This document shows positions 38,700 to 50,737 of a stretch of 64,000 nucleotides of DNA, piece by piece. This stretch comes from Marsupella aquatica. Its lineage: Eukaryota; Plantae; Marchantiophyta. A program made the translations under genes and the position numbers. The DNA lies in contig OZ316895.1 in NCBI GenBank assembly GCA_973895155.1, positions 24,619,538-24,683,537 of the forward strand. Reading direction: 5' to 3'. Below the pieces are notes generated by a model that saw only the letters and a program-made list of their open reading frames with translations, was not told the origin of the DNA and searched no databases. Every line of letters starts with the position of its first letter. Positions within the stretch are counted from its first letter, which is position 1.

Positions 38700-40477
38700 G
38701 TTGTGTGTTTAAAATAGCTTACGAACTCTTCACAGTTAATCAATTCTTCCGAGTCGACGTGCAAATGTTATCTCGATCTTATGTCGGTCCGATAATTAAG
38801 TACGACATCTTGTTTTGTAGGTTAGGAGTGGTTTTTAGTCTCTGACATTTGATATTCATAGTAATCTGCCAGAAAGGAGGCCGAATTTTTAGATACGATT
38901 GCCAACTCCTTCCCACAATAGCCTAGTATTGCAATTAGCTTTTCAACTTAAACTTAGTACAATGCAAAAGGTACACACAAAAGATGGGTACGTATCAAGT
39001 ACATAGCAACTACTCTCCTCCATCAATTCATTCGATCAATGATACAACCAACAACAGCTGCCCGGCACCACGATCGATACAATGCTGACATCATGCATTG
39101 TGACCATCACGCATGACCACGATGTATGACGCCACGGAAACAATGCTGGCGAAGTGAAAAAGAAGCGATCTCAGGGTTAAATTTGAGTGGATTCCACACA
39201 ATATATCCTCTCAAATTTCTGGAAGTCACTCATTGAATTAAGTTGACTGTACATAGGACAGTTCCAAGTTACATTTGTGTCGAGTGTCGTAAATTAGTAA
39301 GACTAGCAAGACAATTATAAATAGAGTTGAAATTTGAATTCGAGAAAGGGGTCTAGATCATACTAGTTCAGTTTACTTGAATGAATAAATTTTGTAGTTT
39401 CACATTTGATGTGAACCTTGTTAATAGACGTGTCGAAGTCAGTGATGTGATAACATAAAAAGTGATTTAATGATGCTGTATGATCTCATGTCAGCTTGAA
39501 GTCCTACAGGATATCTACTCTCAACTGTCGTGGTTTCTCGTTAACTCTCAATCTTCGGACAGTTATCGGCAAAATTCAACTCAGTAACTCTGAAAATTGA
39601 AATGAGAACGTCGAAACTAACGATGTTCATGATTAATACCTAGTGCAAAGTCTGCAACGCTCGGACAGAGATTGGGGAATTCTAAGTTCCATTCATTGGT
39701 TTCTGGGCTGAAAAGCACGCAAGTGCTGAATTTTTTCTGAGGTTTCCCTCCACCTAGAGGTCCAACATTAGTTATCCTTCTCAACTTATCGCATTAACAT
39801 CCGAAACAATTGTCCAATCCACAATTAACATTCAAACATCCGTCCAATCCGTGTACTACATCAAGTCCGAAACCAACATTCCATCTTATTTATCAGCCAA
39901 TATGGAAGGAGCCCAGATCGACATTGCTATCCGGTGGGACTGTCAGCTTCCAATATGGATCAGACATCAACAGTGTAAATTACTCAAAACATGAGTGATC
40001 TCGTAACATCTTTAACTTTACATTTACAGTGAATTTTAGGATACCCGGAAAATGTGTATGGAAGATACTTAGCAAAGAGTCATCAAGCACATCGAATCGT
40101 TTGACCATCAGTGTACTGACTAGCTAGCTATGGTTGCAGCTACATACCTCTTCTGTTTGACAGTATACATGTACCTTACTCTTTGGAATACTGCTGCCAG
40201 TTGCAAGCGGCGCAAAGAGTGACGAGAAAGATTGTGCAACTACGTTGCTCCAGAAAGGGGAGTTAGTGTTCATTGCTAATTAGGTGCTAGACTAGTATTT
40301 CGAGTCGTGACTGAAATATACTAGCTACTAATTATATCAGGGGCCGGTAAGGTCATTGAACTTCTAGTGCAGATCAAGGATCTTATGCTGGTTTCTAGTT
40401 CGTGCAATGCTTCTCCTACCCCAATCTCTTGTTTTCTACTTTCGGACCTGGGAAGTCTATCTACATTTTAGACTGGC

Positions 40478-40545
40478 TAATGAACGTGTAGTACGTGGGG
40501 AACACCTACACAATGCTGGCGCCCCCACGTACTACAAGCTCATTA
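40478..40545. repeat. Hairpin: 23-bp inverted repeat (21/23) with a 22-nt loop
   Basis: TAATGAACGTGTAGTACGTGGGG (40478-40500) pairs with CCCCACGTACTACAAGCTCATTA (40523-40545). Confidence 0.8.
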
Positions 40546-42810
40546 CTACTGCGTCTGGGATATTTGTTCATTCATAAGTTCTCGCGGTAAACGAGGAGAA
40601 AGGCGCAACAACAAGATCAACAACAAGATCAATCTACACAGAAAAGAAACTCAATAACTATGTCTGGGGTCGAAGGAAGATGAACTTTGTTGAGTACCGT
40701 TCGCGAATCATTATTGAGTCGGTCCAACCCTCATAGCTTAAATGTGTAATGAGGATCAAGCTGGCATACTACCTGCAGCTCACGCGGAACACCTACACAA
40801 TGCTGGCGCCCCCTCTAAGTGGAACTGGGCAGATCCTATAACTTGACTCTCAGCGGCTTCTACTGCCGAACAGCGACTCTCCATCACTACATATGCCAAA
40901 GAATGACGTGATCTTGTGGTGGCTGCAAAGCACCTAGTCGTTGCCAGGTTGGCTTTTATGAACTCAAAGCGATTACGAAATACTTCAATTCAATATTCAG
41001 AAACAATAACTGCTTCATCTGTTCATTTCGAGGCTAGCTTCTTTTATAGACTTCAATATCCTACCTCCACAAAATGTGAAAGTGGTCAGAGGCCCGTACC
41101 CTGTAAGTGCGAACGGTGGGGCGACCCTTTGGCATATTTTATCCTGTTTAATGAAAGAACTCTTTCGCCGTCTCACATAACTTTGCAAGCATCAATCATT
41201 AAGACCTCTTTGGAGACACAACCGAAAACCAACCCAGAAGGAAAACAGGATCTCTGAAGATCACAACAACTCCAAGAGTCCTGCTTCTCGTGGTCACTTT
41301 TTTTTGCCACGTAGCTCTCTGGTAGATCACCGCATCATTTGTGGACCTCCAGTTTTGCTCATCACGTGGGATGGTTGATCATCGATTCCAGCCCAAAGGT
41401 GGATCGCTCCACACAGATTTGGTGAGAGGCACTCGATTGCCTTTTGGAGATGCGGGGAAGAAGTACCTGACATGTGCATTTAAAAAGTAAGAGGCCATGA
41501 AAAGGAGAACAAGGCTGCAAAGGGCGAATGGTCCAGCTACAGAACCTATAAAATGTAACAAGCAATGACAAATCTGAAATCTCTCGTACCTCCTTTAGAA
41601 CCTGAAGAGTGACTTGACATTCCCCTCCCCCAATTTTCATATTGACCATTGATGCCAAATTAGCTTCCAAACTGTGCAAAGTTAGAAACATGCAACAAAT
41701 TAAATGACACCAGACGACCGAGATTACATCTCATCAAGTTCGCATGAACTTCAGGCGATTCATGTATACTGTGTGCCCTTCACACCAGTAATCGTCAATA
41801 TTATACTACATCCATGAGTGACCGACTAAACAATTATAATTCATGATTATGTCCGAGTATATCATCAACTCCCTAGCGATAAATCTCATTGAACTAACTT
41901 CCTTCATTTAGTCAATAAGTATGAATCCTAATAATTCACAAGATCGATCATGATTGCCCGCATGATTGTCTCCACAAAACCAAACCAGACATTCTGAGCA
42001 ATGATACTCGAGTGTGTCTAGAACCTTATCAGGTTCTAGACATCGTCTAAAATTTTGTCTGTCGTACCTGAACTGATTGTTCATATTTTCTCCGAACCTG
42101 ATTCTTTGAAATCTTCTGTGCTATAGCCTAGCAATTCGTGTGTTCGTTCATTGTGACACAGGTTCCGTTTCTCTTAAGTACCTTTATCATTCCAGTTGCA
42201 GGTGTTGTTGATAAAGGTACCCATCTTTGGTATCTGATCCCCCTTTACATTTGTACGAAAAGAAACTGAAAGAAGCAATGATGTTAAGATGGCATCCATT
42301 GTGTCCCGCTTGTCCGAGCAGCTCATTCAGCTGACTGTCCATAATAATTTTGATTCTTGTTCTAAAAGTATTTCGCTTGATGTGTTGATGTGTAAGCCAG
42401 TCATGGTGTAATCCCATCTTCAACCCCAGGCATAGTGTGCTGTGTGTGGATGCCACTTAAACGAGGCTTTCCGCTAGTGCCCTTTTTTGTAAGCAAAACT
42501 AATCACGATGAACACCAACTACATAGGGTACCCCAGTTGAGCTTTGGAGCAATTACTAGTTTCAATAGTGAAAACAAGAGTTACTAGACAGCATCTAAAT
42601 GGGGAATTGAGATATTGGAGCACGGGAATACACATCCCAATGAGTTTTCCCAATGTTTCCATGAAGTAGAATAACAAGGTAAGTGAAATTTTTGTAGGGG
42701 AAGCATCAGTCAACATTGAACAACTAAAGTAGACACCGAAGTACCTTGGCCCCACGGCATGCCCACCCCTATTATCTGCCTTGCTCCGAGAATCACGATT
42801 CACTGCAAAG

Positions 42811-42853
42811 CCTTCACTCTAGAGAGAGTCACCTTCACTCTAGAGAGAGTCAC
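42811..42853. repeat. 21-bp tandem duplication CCTTCACTCTAGAGAGAGTCA
   Basis: Read directly twice; resembles the LINE target flank at 25030-25062. Confidence 0.8.
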
Positions 42854-43024
42854 TCTCTACACAATTCATTCTAGAAGTAGGTCTTGAATCATAGAACGAT
42901 CACCTTTAATAATTGATAGTAGATACCGCAAAGTTATGCTCAGTCCTTCACTAAGGTTATTGACTCAACTAAGTGAGATGGGTCTTGGATCGGAGAGTGA
43001 TCACCTTAAATAATAGATACTAGA

Positions 43025-43135
43025 CTAGCTCATACCTGTGCGATGCACAAACGATGTAGTTACGTAAAATATTGTTGCATGGACATGCTGTGGGGCAAAA
43101 GATGTTGTGCATGAAACGACATTGTTGTGTAACAC
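43025..43135 (-). mobile_element. Helitron-like 3' end (minus strand), related to the one at 25848
   Basis: Minus strand reads ACAACATCTTTTG...TTTGTGCATCGCACAGGTATGAGCTAG|T: hairpin TGTGC-ATC-GCACA followed by CTAG (43028-43025). 5' end not located. Confidence 0.55.
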
Positions 43136-44499
43136 CAATTGAAGAGGGTTCCCATGATGATGACAGGCTGAAAACCTAAAAAGTACCCTGCACTTGAAAT
43201 TTTGGGCGCAGGGAAAGTTTTATAATTGTTTCTCACTATGTTGAATGAGGATATATCTTGGGCACTTGGTTGTTTACAGCAAAGTTCAGTTCATGATCAG
43301 ATTGTTCTTCAGCATTGATCAATCAACCTCAGCAGCAAGGTGTACTTCTTAAGGGTTGATTCAGCTTTATTGAGCTCAGCTTTGTTCAGCTTCATTTACC
43401 TGAGCAACCACATGAATTCACCAGGCTTCATTCAGTTTCATTGATCATGGTTCAATCAGTTTCTTTAGCTTAATGACTCATCCATTGTGGCTTCTAGAAG
43501 GTCTGATGGCAATAAGGGAACTTTATTCAGGGCAACAACAGGTCTTTGGAAAGTCAGTTATGGATCATTGTACCCGCTGCCCTAAGTATGAATCATGATA
43601 AGAGGTTAAGACCTAAGAATGAGCTTTTTTGTCCAGCAGTCTCTGGCACAGTGGGAGATCATTCGAGTAGGGAGGCAGAGCTGCAGAGTTTGAATCCCTA
43701 TAGGCATAATGCTGTTTCACACAAGGGTTTAGATGAAGCTTATGACATTTAGAAAAAAAATGTGGATCTTTCAGTTTTTCCTGGCAAGAGGTGAGCAGGG
43801 GACTTCCAAAAGCCATTACTTCCAAAAGCCATTAATGATTTTCCAGTGATATGTTTCCCTCATTCTAGAAAAATTAGATTGGAGAGGCGGTTAGATTCCA
43901 TGCATGATTCCCGCTGACTGTCAGGCATAGCGTGATAGCACACTCCAGCAAGTACCCCCTGTTCAGTACCTAGGTCAATCCGAGCCTCATATTCGGTAAA
44001 ACCTGGTGTTTTTTTAAGGGAAAAGAACTATTTAGAAAGAAAAAGAAATATTTGTTTTTCTTCTGTCTCTCTCTCTTGCCATTAATGATTGAGTGTAGGC
44101 TTGTATCTGTATAGCTTGCAATTCCTATACCAATCTATCCGGATGTACTGATTTGAATTGTACCATTATACTTTAGGCACGTATTCCTAGATGTTTGCCT
44201 AAGTTTATAGCCTGCCCCCAGTATTTGATAAATCCCACAGCCCAAGAAACTGACACAGAGAGTATAAATCGCTCTTGTGGATTTCATACAAAACTTTATT
44301 TGTAAGCTGACAGAGACTCCTTATCGGCAATTGGATATTAGAATTGTATGAAAATTTGGACACATATTTACAGCTCACTCCTGATCAAGGTTTCCACATA
44401 CTAGCGTCACTCTCAGTGTGTGATGTAAAATACCCTTGGGCTCCCGCCTTTGGACAATATATCCTTGACTGCTTTACTCTATTCTTCACTACAAACAAG

Positions 44500-44820
44500 A
44501 AACTAACAAGGGGAGGGACAACCAGCAAGGCATGCTTTGCGGTCAAAAAATTGATTAGATTTACTTCCCAGCAGACATCATACTAAGGCAGAATTTAGTC
44601 CAGCCAAAATGTTTCATGAGAGGAGTTTTTATGGTATTTCACTGCCACCTAACCAAAACATGTGTTGACAATGTATTTCAACTGGAAAGTAAGGTTTCTA
44701 GAGCACTTCGCCCCATACAGTTTTTTCAAACCCTTGCTTTTTGGATTTAAATTTCCTTCCAATATCACCATAGGGCCAGCATATATTCCCAGGCTGGTCT
44801 ATTCGGAACTTTGAAATGGT
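44500..44820 (-). mobile_element. Possible degenerate LINE ORF2 C-terminal remnant
   Basis: Minus frame WEYMLALW*YWKEI resembles the L1 C-terminal LWxIWKERN motif; heavily decayed. Confidence 0.25.
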
Positions 44821-45246
44821 GAGCTTGGGGTTAGAAGTTTTATAATTGATTACCTAGCTACGCCTAAGGCACTCTAGGCGTCAACAAGGGCCTCCCCTAC
44901 TACGTGTGCGGCACCCACCTGCTCCCCTGAGAGCTAACAAACCAAAAAAAACCTGTCAGTAAGAACTTACGTATATTACGACTGGAATCGGGAACGTTCT
45001 CGACAGACATGCTGTCTTTTGGATGGAATACAAAATGATCGTTCAAAGCAAAAAAGTTGTCGACCGATTGAAGAACAGGAAAAAGGAAAGAAAAGTTCTC
45101 GACCGAGCAGAGTTGAGTAGTTAACTTGCGGTCGACAGCCCAACAGACGCTAGCAAAGATGTGTTTGGGACGGTCAACTGTATCCCAGGGGGGTCCACAT
45201 GACTATAATTACAATGCGATGGCGGGATCGAATACAAGCGCCATAG

Positions 45247-45354
45247 ATAGAGGCTTCTTGAGCACGGCACAGTCACGACGATCACGCGCTGCGATGGAGG
45301 AGCTATAGGGGCTTCTTGAGCACTGCACAGTCACGACAATAACGCGCTTGTGAT
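45247..45354. repeat. 58-bp tandem duplication
   Basis: GGCTTCTTGAGCAC.GCACAGTCACGAC.AT.ACGCGCT occurs twice, 58 bp apart. Confidence 0.85.
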
Positions 45355-47559
45355 TGGTTCCAGGAAAGGCTGCAAAATGGCGTCTGAAAGGCATCCTTAG
45401 AGAGATTTCCACGTGGGTGCATCCCGGCTTCAGTTTCTAGATATTTCAGATAGGTCGATTGATTTCCTAAGAAAACACTTCCAAGCTGGTTTTGTACTAA
45501 ATGCACAACAAAATTTGGTCTGAGGAATAATTTCCGGACTGTATTGTGCCCCTCCTATTCTAATCAATAAAAAATTAAGTCATCCAGTCACAAATCTGTC
45601 CGAGTGGTCTGACTACAGGCAAACGCGAGATGTCGAGTGGCCTGACGGGCACACAAATGAAGCTGAGAATCGTTTTCATAATACAGTACAGAAGTAACAG
45701 TCATTGATCGACTAATTGTATATCGGAGGTACCTAACTTGATGGGAATCATGGGTAACAAGCAGCATCCTGTCGATGACATTCAACGCGATGTGACTTAC
45801 GAAATCGTATCATTTGAACCTGATCCTGATGAATCAGCAATCTGTTCTCTAAGCCCAAATCTTTAAGTATCTTCCCAAGCTGTGAAAAATTTTGTTTCAA
45901 CTTAGGGCTGATCTATGTGACACTTTGCAGGAAGACGGGTGTGATGATTGATTGACTTCTGTCAGACCCTACTCCTATTAGAGAGTTACTTGTCAAGTTA
46001 GGGCTGTCACAATTAGCCGGCCAATTGGGTAGACCATAGCCGGATACAGAAGGGACAAAGCAATGTCGGCAGAAAACACGGAGCTCCAAGAAGATTAAAG
46101 TGATGTGAAAAGAAATAGTCTTGCGCGATTATGATGGCCAAATCTAGGAGTGGGTGGGTTGGTAGAAAATGCTAGATACAGCAGATCGAAAACCGTGTAC
46201 AATATCACTCGGGAAAATGAGGGTAGCAATCTATTGTAGAGGAACGGCTGCTTAGAGCAGAGCAAGAGGAGTTTTAGTGTAGGTCAAGCAGCAGACCTCC
46301 AGGACTGGTTTGGCAGCCGCGCCACGTGTGGATCGTCCGAGCGCAAGAGCCGTGTTCAGCGCGAACAACGAAACCGCAAAACCTCCTGCTCATGAAATAT
46401 CTACGACGCTAGGATAAAGATACTCCAATTCGTGAGGTGGAGACGCCGACAACTGGGTTCCCTGGCTTTCGACGGATCTCGAGGACCATGCTTTGGCACA
46501 AGGAAGGCACGGCCATGTGGCATCTCACAAGTCCCTTCAATTTGCCATGTGGTTTCTCGCAAATTATAAACTTGCCGAGCTTTGGATAGCCGGTCCCGCC
46601 CTGGCATGCGGGAAGTTTTCCCACCATCAACCCCGGCCCGGACAGCAGAGCCCTCGCGAAAAAGACAGATTCCTTCCGAGCTACAACAAAGTGTATCGCC
46701 TCATTCGCAATTGATGACCACATTTAGTTGATTCCTCGTCATTCCTCAGAAGCTGGTAAGTTGGTAGGTAACTCAAGCTTACTTTGGTGCATGTACTATA
46801 GGTAACCTCGTCCATGGATTACCGTGAGTCACGCCTTGACCGAGCTACCCTGGTCTGTGTCTGGGGACTCGGGCTTTCGAGGCTCATGGACGTGGCTTGC
46901 AACCGAATCAATTGCGGCCCCGCCATGTCCTCCACCTTTCCTCTACAAGTCGGTAATGCAAGCTTTTCGACGTCAACTAACAAAGTAGGGGCGGCTCTAA
47001 ACTTATTGAGAAGCCCTTTTTCCCGTCGATGTTTGAGAAGTCCTTCCTTCCCTGCAAAGATTTCTAAAAATTTGTTCGGAAGTCTTTTGCGATAGACCTT
47101 GACGACGTTAACAATTTAACCATCAAGAAAATATTCGTGAAAGAGTACGTTTCGAAGATGGAACGCCAGGTCGCATCATTTCCGTTAAGCATGACCTTGA
47201 TCGGATTTACAGTAGGCCAATTGTGTGCGCTGCACCAACAACCCAAGTGTGGTCAGTTTACAGGGAGGTAGGAACTCGAGGGCGGGCAGACTTACGGATA
47301 TATTTACGGAGCTTTGGGTTATGGATTGTGACGACTGTAGCAGCTGGGGCCCAGAGACAAAGACATCGACCACCACTAAGCCTGAGGCCTGCCAAATCAT
47401 TGCCGTGTGTTACTTACGGCCGTGAAGAGCTAATACGACGAGGCTCGCAGCAGAATCACCAATTCCGTTAATTATCTTCAGCCCTTAAGACAGCGGTCAG
47501 TGTAACTGGGCCCCAAACCTTCACAAATTTTTCTTTCGTTTCTTTAGAAGTCAATTGGC

Positions 47560-47606
47560 ATCGGTAGACACCTTTCACCACTATCGGTAGACACCTTTCA
47601 CCACTG
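47560..47606. repeat. 23-bp tandem duplication ATCGGTAGACACCTTTCACCACT
   Basis: Read directly twice. Confidence 0.85.
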
Positions 47607-49112
47607 CGGTAATCCTAAAGCATCCAATGGACTCCCTTACTTTGCTGCAGTGTAGATCAATTGGGCCCAAGATCTTCTTGTCACGGATCTATTAGACAAC
47701 AAAACACAAAGTGACCACCCCTCGAGTTCCTGTAAAGCCTCCCTTATCTACTTCCGTCGCGCTCTTCCGTCAGGAATGTTTTGACAGCTCTAACGGTACG
47801 ATGAACAGTGTGTTAGCAGAGACAGGCTCGGCTCGAGTAGTCATGGGGAACAGAACTCACTAGTGTACAGGCGAACAGTCGCTAGATCCATGTCTATCCT
47901 ATCTATACTTCAGAAAGACTCGCCTAGCTACAGTAAAGAAAAGCCGACTACCTGGCTTTATAAAACACTCCTTTTTAGCATTTCCCAAGCAGGATTTGCT
48001 GCCCCCAGTCATTCATATTTCGATTCGTGGGGTGCCTCTGCCGGTCAATCAGGCGTAAAATGGGGCCTCGTTGACCACTGTACTTGAGGCCTGTCACGCT
48101 TTCTAATCATCAATTGTTATCAATCCGCCTCCAGTCCTCCACTGCCAGCCAGTTTTCGTTGAGTAACCACTTTACTACAGTTTCTCAATATTGAAGCTCG
48201 GAGCCAGCCGCCCAATCAGCCGTGCCCAGTGCCCATCACTCCCTCCTGCAAAACCTGGTTTACAAAGGCTGGAAAATGGACCAGTGACAGTGGGGATGGC
48301 GAATAGGGTCCCACCGCGGACGTGCTGTCCATGCCCCGGTCAGAGCTAAAACCTAATTTGCTATTCTCTCCCATAAACCTAGAATTGTTTCCGCAGAATA
48401 ATTTGGTTCTCTCCGGTCACCTCTACAAACGTTTATTTTCCCAAAGTGAGTGAGTGTGTTTCACCGAAGCGGTGGGGACATTTGCTGACGAGCGAATTCC
48501 TTGCATTGCTGCCAGGTGTGTAATCCGACGTAGAACCATAGATCGGAAGATTTTTCCTTGATCCTGCCCTAAGTCCAGCATTCTCACCAGTTTGGACCGC
48601 GGCTGTTTCAGTGCTTTAGAAGTTTCCGGACGATCCAGAGTACAACGGTGATTCATTCCGTATTTTATCCCTTTAGTGGCTGCAGGCGTACTTAAGCATT
48701 GTGGCAGCAGATGTTTCTGTAGTATTAACTGTTCATATTGCCAGTCTAATCTGAGTTGATCTGAACTTAATCTCAGACATCACGCCGACTAAGTTTCCGA
48801 GCTGCTGCTGAGCCCAATCTTTTCACAAGGCACGCGTGTGTGAGTGTGTATCTTTTCCAACGTCTTGGAGCCTCGGTCGTCCTTGTGTCGACTATTTCAC
48901 TCAGTGTGAGCCGATGGCGCGTATTGCAACATGATTCTCGACGCTGTTCTTCGGTGCTCAACGTCTAGTTGATGAATTGGTAGCTCGACTCTGTGGACAA
49001 GGTTCCCACGCTCTTCCAGTTTTCAATTCACCTGGCCGATCATCATCGCTTCAGCGAGAAGCAGAGAAACCCTGCCAGCGAGAACGGTTTCGTATCTTAG
49101 AGTCTAGCCACA

Positions 49113-49841
49113 ATGTCTCTCTTCCGAAATTTCTTTGGTGGAGGAAACGACCGATCAAGGTTTATGTATGAAGAAGACGAAGAAGATTATGCAGTCGACA
49201 CGGCTGCACCGCAATACATCAGGTACCGAAGTCGAGCGACTTACCCGTCAGCGCAATCAGTAGCTCCCCATGTGGGATCGACATTGGATCCTCTCGTCGA
49301 TTATCGCGACCCGCCGCGCGTAATGGAACCGCGGATGGTCGAACAGCCACGAATATTGAAGCCGGCGCGTGTCGTGCAGGAGGTGCGGGCCAACCAGGCG
49401 CACCCGGTGCCCATGGTCCATGTGCAGCAAGTACCTGCCGCGTTGAACCACGTGCATCGAGTGATGGAATTCAGAGTGCCACTTTGTTGCGAGGGTTGCC
49501 AGGATCGGATCATGAAGCACTTTCGTCGTGTGAGGGGCGTCGAGAATGTGTCATGCGACCTCAATAGGCACAAGGTGACTATCCATGGGTATGCTCCTCC
49601 TCACGAGGTATTGAGGATTTTGCGGAAGCAGTTTCCTCGTTCCGAGTTCTGGACTCCCGAGCCGGTGGTTGTTGTGCAGAAAAATCAAGGTCCGCCGCTA
49701 CGCAAGGTGACCGTCGTGGAGCCGCCCGGGACCAGACATACCCCCGTGAATGTCGTCGACGAAACTGGAACTAGGCATCCGGAGGTGGCTGTCGAGCATG
49801 TTCATACCACCACCCCCAGGCCGGGAGTGCGTGTACATTAG
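49113..49841 (+). CDS. HMA domain protein, HPP-like, copy 4 (242 aa, intronless CDS, central HMA, Val/Pro/His-rich flanks)
   Basis: VMEFRVPLCCEGCQDRIMKHFRRVRGVENVSCDLNRHKVTIHG...QFPRSEFW within a long ATG-initiated, GC-rich ORF. Confidence 0.92.
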   Translation: MSLFRNFFGGGNDRSRFMYEEDEEDYAVDTAAPQYIRYRSRATYPSAQSVAPHVGSTLDPLVDYRDPPRVMEPRMVEQPRILKPARVVQEVRANQAHPVPMVHVQQVPAALNHVHRVMEFRVPLCCEGCQDRIMKHFRRVRGVENVSCDLNRHKVTIHGYAPPHEVLRILRKQFPRSEFWTPEPVVVVQKNQGPPLRKVTVVEPPGTRHTPVNVVDETGTRHPEVAVEHVHTTTPRPGVRVH

Positions 49842-50514
49842 CTCCCTCCTTCTCTCAAAACTGTGACAGTTCTGACGTTAATCTATTGAGGTAGCATACC
49901 ACCATCCCAAGTCAATTTTGTGGGGCAGCTGGCTGTCTGCTGGAGATTTTCTTCATCTCAGTCTGTGTGGCGAGGATCATGCTAGCGAGTGCTCCAATTC
50001 GAAACGACAGCATGTTTGTTGGACATATGGGAGGGAACCTAGCGTGATATGTCGATCTCTCTCGGAGGTCTGTTTCAGTTACTACTTGTAACGATGTCAG
50101 TATTTAGTTCTAGATTAACGATGTAGGTAGTACCAAATGCTGGCCTTTAGCTATGGGCACTAGTGCAGTTCATACTGTGAACCATTTCATAGGATCTCGA
50201 CCTTCAGCAGGTGGCTTCAATTTTCAATATGCACCCAACCGTTCACGTGGATTTCAGCCTGGACCTTTGACCGGAAAATATTGGTTCAATTTTCGATACG
50301 CAACCGAGCTTTCACATGGATTAACCTGGAGCTTAGGCTGATCATGAAGATTTCAGGTGCTCTGCGGCCAGCTGGAGAGGTTTTTTTGCCGACATCTATT
50401 GTCACCGGCAGTAGTCTTAGATAGTGTACATATTATCGACAGAAGATGTTCAACATCTTATTCAGTGCAGAGTATGTTCGTTTTTCATGTACATATCTCA
50501 ATCTTACCTGTGGC

Positions 50515-50737
50515 TTGAGCAGTCACCGTTCAGAAATTGTGGACAAAAGAAATTAGCTCAAATTATCGAGAACTGAATCTGAGCGAAATGTATGTAGTAG
50601 TCAAATGTGTGTCATATGCGATGTTTTGAGCAGTCACCGTTCAGAAATTGTGGACAAAAGAAATTAGCTCAAATTATCGAGAACTGAATCTGAGCGAAAT
50701 GTATGTGGTAGTCAAATGTGTGTCATATGCGATGTTT
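50515..50737. repeat. 111-bp tandem duplication
   Basis: TTGAGCAGTCACCGTTCAGAAATTG...CATATGCGATGTTT starts at 50515 and at 50626, near-identical. Confidence 0.92.

Noticed and set aside
42015-42042. Perfect 12-bp hairpin TGTCTAGAACCT-TATC-AGGTTCTAGACA
   Set aside because: Isolated, with no U-tract or gene context; not interpretable as a terminator in a eukaryotic region.
47225-47425. ELWVMDCDDC as an HMA loop or F-box-associated fragment
   Set aside because: Downstream residues do not fit HMA, and the F-box resemblance is limited to a few residues.
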